The notes under the pieces were generated by a model that was not told where the DNA came from, ran no database searches, and saw only the letters and a list, made by a program, of their open reading frames with translations. Below are positions 37,940-41,156 of a stretch of 41,156 nt of DNA, in pieces. Position numbers and translations under genes: made by a program. The stretch's first letter is position 1. Each line of letters begins with the position of its first letter. The stretch is from an uncultured Eubacteriaceae bacterium (GTDB lineage Bacteria > Bacillota > Clostridia > Eubacteriales > UBA1433), in NCBI GenBank assembly GCA_937914785.1, contig CALGIV010000079.1:1-41156 (forward strand), read 5' to 3'.

Positions 37940-39777
37940 TTGTCTTCTCCCTGCGCATCCGTCGATTTTATTTTCTTTGATGGCAAAATCACGCTTACAA
38001 GTGTGCCTTCCCCTTCTTTGCTTGTCAACATAACGTCGCCGCCATGCTTGGTTATAATCTGGCGTACGATGGAAAGGCCCAGACCGACACCGCCGCGCTC
38101 TCTGCTGCGCTCTTCATCAACGCGGTAAAACGCTTTAAATACATCCTCCTCCATCGTGCGCGGAACACCAATACCGTGATCCCGAAAGTCAATATGGATA
38201 TACCCTTTTCCGTCTTCCAGAGCCGTTATTTTAATCCTGCCACCTTCGTAAGAATACTTGATCGCATTGTCGATGATATTGATAAATACCTGCTTCAACC
38301 GATCATAATCTCCATAAATGCGCGGCAGCGGAGACGAGACATATTCAATATCGATACCGTAACGCATGCTGCGCATGCGCATCTGCTCAATAACTTCGCT
38401 TAAAGCCTCGCTGACATCCATATCCTCAAACGTCATCGAAAAATCCATCTTCTCGTAATTGCGCATTGACAGTACATCGTCGACCAACCTGGAAAGGCGG
38501 CCGCCTTCACTGTAGATAACATCCATCGCTTTGCTGGTTACTTCCGCATTATCCGTTCCGCGCCGCTTTAACATATCCGCATATCCGATAATCGTCGTCA
38601 GCGGTGTCCTTAATTCGTGAGAGATGCTGCTTAAGAACTTATTCTGTTCTTTCATCAACATTTTGTCTCTCGTAATATCATTAATGATAATCAGAACATC
38701 AATACCGATGCCCTCATTGTCAATCCTGCGCACATTGATACTGAAGGATTTTTCGTCTAAATCTACACTGCGGACGAGCTCGCTCTCTTCATTTAATTGC
38801 GCAACGAGCTCCTTTAACTCCGGTAACATCGCCAGCTGTATGCCCTCGTCCGACATCTCCTCGTAGCCGAAAAACTCCTTGACTTTCGTATTCAGCATGA
38901 CGATTTTACCGTCTTGATCCAACGCGATGACCCCGCTGTCGACCGACGAAAGCATCAATGTCAGTTCCGCTTGTTTTTCTTCGAAATCCTGTATGCGCTT
39001 TTGAATTTCATCAGCCATCTGGTTAAAATTCTCACGAAGTAAATCTACTTCATCTCGCGTTTTAAACACGACAAACCGCTTGTCCAAGTCGCCTTTGGCC
39101 ATGTTTCGGCTCATCTGCGTTACTTCCGTAATCGGCTCCATAATGCGCTGATTCAACCAGAAAAGCACGATAAAAATAATAACAACCGCAATGATCGTCG
39201 CGACGACAAACAGGCCCGATGTATACGTGACAAGGTTGTCCATCATGCCGATCGAATAAGCAATGCGCACGACCCCAAGGATATCTTCACCATCGAGAAT
39301 CGGCACCGCATACATCAAATAACTCCTGCCGCTCAGCACCGTATAGACATAAGCCTTTTGACCGGATTGAAACGATGCGTTTACCTCCATTGCCGGATAG
39401 CTCGATTCCATTTCAACAGTTTCAACTTCGATGTCCGCTTCGCTCGCACTGTCGGCAATAATTGTAACGCCCGCGTCTGAATAACCGTAGATATGCACAC
39501 GTGACGCTGTAATTGTTTGAAACCGAACGGCAAGTTGACTCGCCAATTCCGTCAATGAATCAATATTTGCCAGATCGATATTTCGTTCTCTGGCGACGCT
39601 GATTTCCTGTGCCGCAATCAATTGAATTTCTTCAGAAAATGCACCGAGATATTCAAGCGCATTATTGACCGCGTAGTTTTGCATCGCACCGGTAATAAAA
39701 AAGCTGACAGACACCAAACAAATAATCAGCGCAGCAATGTTATATAAAATTATTTTCGCTCGAAAGCTCAAATGCAT
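37936..39777 (-). CDS. Sensor histidine kinase (2 TM, extracytoplasmic domain, HAMP, PAS, HisKA, HATPase_c); WalK/ResE-like architecture
   Basis: H-box FLSSISHELRTPLTTIIGYADML, N-box INIIDNAIKYS, G-boxes DHGIGVP and GGVGLGLSIV. HAMP follows TM2 and is followed by a PAS-like segment. Confidence 0.9.
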   Translation of the reverse strand: MHLSFRAKIILYNIAALIICLVSVSFFITGAMQNYAVNNALEYLGAFSEEIQLIAAQEISVARERNIDLANIDSLTELASQLAVRFQTITASRVHIYGYSDAGVTIIADSASEADIEVETVEMESSYPAMEVNASFQSGQKAYVYTVLSGRSYLMYAVPILDGEDILGVVRIAYSIGMMDNLVTYTSGLFVVATIIAVVIIFIVLFWLNQRIMEPITEVTQMSRNMAKGDLDKRFVVFKTRDEVDLLRENFNQMADEIQKRIQDFEEKQAELTLMLSSVDSGVIALDQDGKIVMLNTKVKEFFGYEEMSDEGIQLAMLPELKELVAQLNEESELVRSVDLDEKSFSINVRRIDNEGIGIDVLIIINDITRDKMLMKEQNKFLSSISHELRTPLTTIIGYADMLKRRGTDNAEVTSKAMDVIYSEGGRLSRLVDDVLSMRNYEKMDFSMTFEDMDVSEALSEVIEQMRMRSMRYGIDIEYVSSPLPRIYGDYDRLKQVFINIIDNAIKYSYEGGRIKITALEDGKGYIHIDFRDHGIGVPRTMEEDVFKAFYRVDEERSRERGGVGLGLSIVRQIITKHGGDVMLTSKEGEGTLVSVILPSKKIKSTDAQGEDK

Positions 39778-39778
39778 T

Positions 39779-40474
39779 TTAACATTTCCTCATTTTATAC
39801 CCTCTGCCGAAAACTGTTTCGATATAACGCGCAGAAGTATTTTCTTCAATCTTTTTTCGCAGGCGCTGGATATGCATATCTACCGTGCGGCTGTCACCGG
39901 CCTTTTCATAATCCTTCCAAATGACACTAATGAGATCTTCGCGCGTAAACACTTTATCCAAAGAACTCATAAACAATTCCAGCAGGTCAAACTCTTTCGG
40001 CGTTAAGTGGATTTCGCTTCCCGCTACTGTCACGGTGCGGCTTAACGCATTCAAGACAATATCCCCATTAACGATATTATTGTCATTTGCTTCCGTATTC
40101 ACATTTGAAAGCTCACTGCGCCGCAGGAGCACTTTAATGCGCGCAAGCAGCTCCCGCATATCAAACGGCTTCGTGATATAATCATCCGCTCCCAACTCAA
40201 GGCCCAACACTTTATCGATAATATCTGTCTTGGCCGTCAGCATCAGAACCGGAATACTGCTTTTTTTCGTGATTTCCTTACACACGTCAAAACCGTTCAT
40301 CCCCGGCAGCATCACATCCAGCAATACCAGGTCTACATTTTCTTTCTCGAACGTCTCCAACGCCTGAAGCCCATCGTAACAGGTCAGCACATCGTAGCCT
40401 TCAAACTCCAGTTCCATTTTCAACAATTCACAGATCGCCTGCTCATCGTCCACTACCAATATTTTCTTATTCAT
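39779..40474 (-). CDS. OmpR/PhoB-family response regulator (WalR-like)
   Basis: KILVVDDE...LVLLDVMLPGMNG...LMLTAK...GADDYITKPF plus a winged-helix C-domain ending VFGRGYKM. The ATG at 40474 lies 6 nt after GGAG; the track start at 40486 is a GTG. Confidence 0.9.
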   Translation of the reverse strand: MNKKILVVDDEQAICELLKMELEFEGYDVLTCYDGLQALETFEKENVDLVLLDVMLPGMNGFDVCKEITKKSSIPVLMLTAKTDIIDKVLGLELGADDYITKPFDMRELLARIKVLLRRSELSNVNTEANDNNIVNGDIVLNALSRTVTVAGSEIHLTPKEFDLLELFMSSLDKVFTREDLISVIWKDYEKAGDSRTVDMHIQRLRKKIEENTSARYIETVFGRGYKMRKC

Positions 40475-40505
40475 CCATAACTCCACACGGTAATTAGTAG
40501 CCCCT

Positions 40506-40533
40506 ATTATACAATAAATTACCCCGCTTTAAA
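40506..40533 (-). promoter_or_regulatory. Candidate promoter of the two-component operon
   Basis: On the minus strand: TTTAAA (40533-40528), a 16-nt spacer, then TATAAT (40511-40506) with a TG immediately upstream. Confidence 0.4.
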
Positions 40534-40578
40534 ACCCCTATTTCTCCAGACGTCTGTGACAAAACATTTGCGGAGCAA

Positions 40579-40612
40579 ATCGACATTTATTTTGTTTTTC
40601 CTTTGCTATAAT
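40579..40612 (+). promoter_or_regulatory. Candidate spoIIE promoter with a Spo0A-box-like element and a 21-nt spacer
   Basis: ATCGACA (40579-40585; the reverse complement TGTCGAT matches the 0A box TGTCGAA at 6 of 7), 21 nt, then TATAAT (40607-40612). The ATG follows 22 nt later. Confidence 0.45.
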
Positions 40613-40634
40613 GAATAAAAAATGTGAGGAAGAA

Positions 40635-41156
40635 ATGTTATATTCACTAAAAGACGACAAAAAAAAGTCTTCCATAAAGGACAAGCTTCGCTCGCCCGAA
40701 GTAAAGGAAGCCATCGCGTATTCGGCGATGTCCTTTCTCATCGCAAGAAGCGTGGTACTGCAATACATATCGCCCTTTATCTTCGGCTTTTTAACATACG
40801 CCATATTAAAGAAAAAGCAACGTATCCCCGCGGCATTTGCCGCGCTTGGCGCTTTAACGCTCGGCGATATGTATATTACGATGCGCGTCGGCATCGTACT
40901 GCTGCTCCTTTACGGCGCCAGTTTTGTCGATTTCTTCAGTACAAAGAACTTTCGCACGGCTCTCTCCGGCGCTTTGGCAACACTCATCGCCTCTTTTTTA
41001 ACCCTCAGCTTAACTTCTTCACCGATGATTGATATGATCATTTACACAGCAGAATCCATCAGTGCGCTGTGTACATATTTCATCTACTACGTCGGCCTTG
41101 AAGCTGCCGGCACCTACCGTAAGCATAAGGCCTTCAGCGATGAAGAAGTCATCTGT
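40635..41156 (+). CDS. spoIIE: Stage II sporulation protein E (SpoIIE), N-terminal polytopic membrane region; continues beyond the window
   Basis: Absent from the ORF track because there is no stop in the window. GAGGAAGAA precedes the ATG at 40635. Hand translation MLYSLKDDKKKSSIKDKLRSPEVKEAIAYSAMSFLIARSVVLQYISPFIFGF... shows successive TM helices and a segment KAFSDEEVIC that resembles the IEEIICF segment of B. subtilis SpoIIE. The frame is open for 174 codons to the window end. Confidence 0.65.
   Translation, partial: MLYSLKDDKKKSSIKDKLRSPEVKEAIAYSAMSFLIARSVVLQYISPFIFGFLTYAILKKKQRIPAAFAALGALTLGDMYITMRVGIVLLLLYGASFVDFFSTKNFRTALSGALATLIASFLTLSLTSSPMIDMIIYTAESISALCTYFIYYVGLEAAGTYRKHKAFSDEEVIC

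Noticed and set aside
40538-40894. 118-aa minus-strand ORF downstream of the response-regulator promoter region.
   Set aside because: It is antisense to the SD-led, TM-rich spoIIE frame that stays open to the window end. Its translation has no domain-like features.

Overview
The window looks like chromosomal DNA from a spore-forming Firmicute of the class Clostridia; spoVT and spoIIE are present and rpsD sits inside the alpha operon. About half of it (3.9-23.8 kb, minus strand) is one co-directional housekeeping block. It runs S10-spc-alpha (rpsJ to rplQ, including secY-adk-map-KOW-infA-rpmJ), then ecfA1-ecfA2-ecfT-truA-rplM-rpsI. I recovered rpmJ and rpmD by hand because they are too short for the ORF track. 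I trimmed several track ORFs to starts preceded by a Shine-Dalgarno (SD) sequence. The left edge holds a partial amidohydrolase and nfnAB. The right half is accessory or mixed: an orphan GT-A-like gene, a CsoR-family repressor with a P1B-2 metal ATPase, spoVT, an alpha/beta hydrolase, two orphan membrane proteins, pyruvate carboxylase, a split ChrA pair, an XRE regulator, an OmpR/WalK-like two-component system with a translationally coupled membrane-anchored protein, and the 5' end of spoIIE. I recognised no tRNA, rRNA, CRISPR array, transposase, integrase or known defence module, and I cannot point to a convincing novel multi-gene system. The observations most worth follow-up are: (1) a frameshift that removes the conserved C-terminus of the metal ATPase; (2) a Cu-type CsoR sensor and operator controlling a Zn/Cd-type pump that has an unusual CxC-E-H repeat N-terminus; (3) an AT-rich orphan GT-A-like gene where the str operon usually sits upstream of rpsJ, with a consensus-like antisense promoter at its stop codon; (4) a propeller-like membrane protein coupled by an ATGA overlap to the histidine kinase; (5) a 530-nt ORF-poor convergent spacer with SD-led mini-ORFs. 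All family assignments come from motif recognition by eye, and no searches were run.
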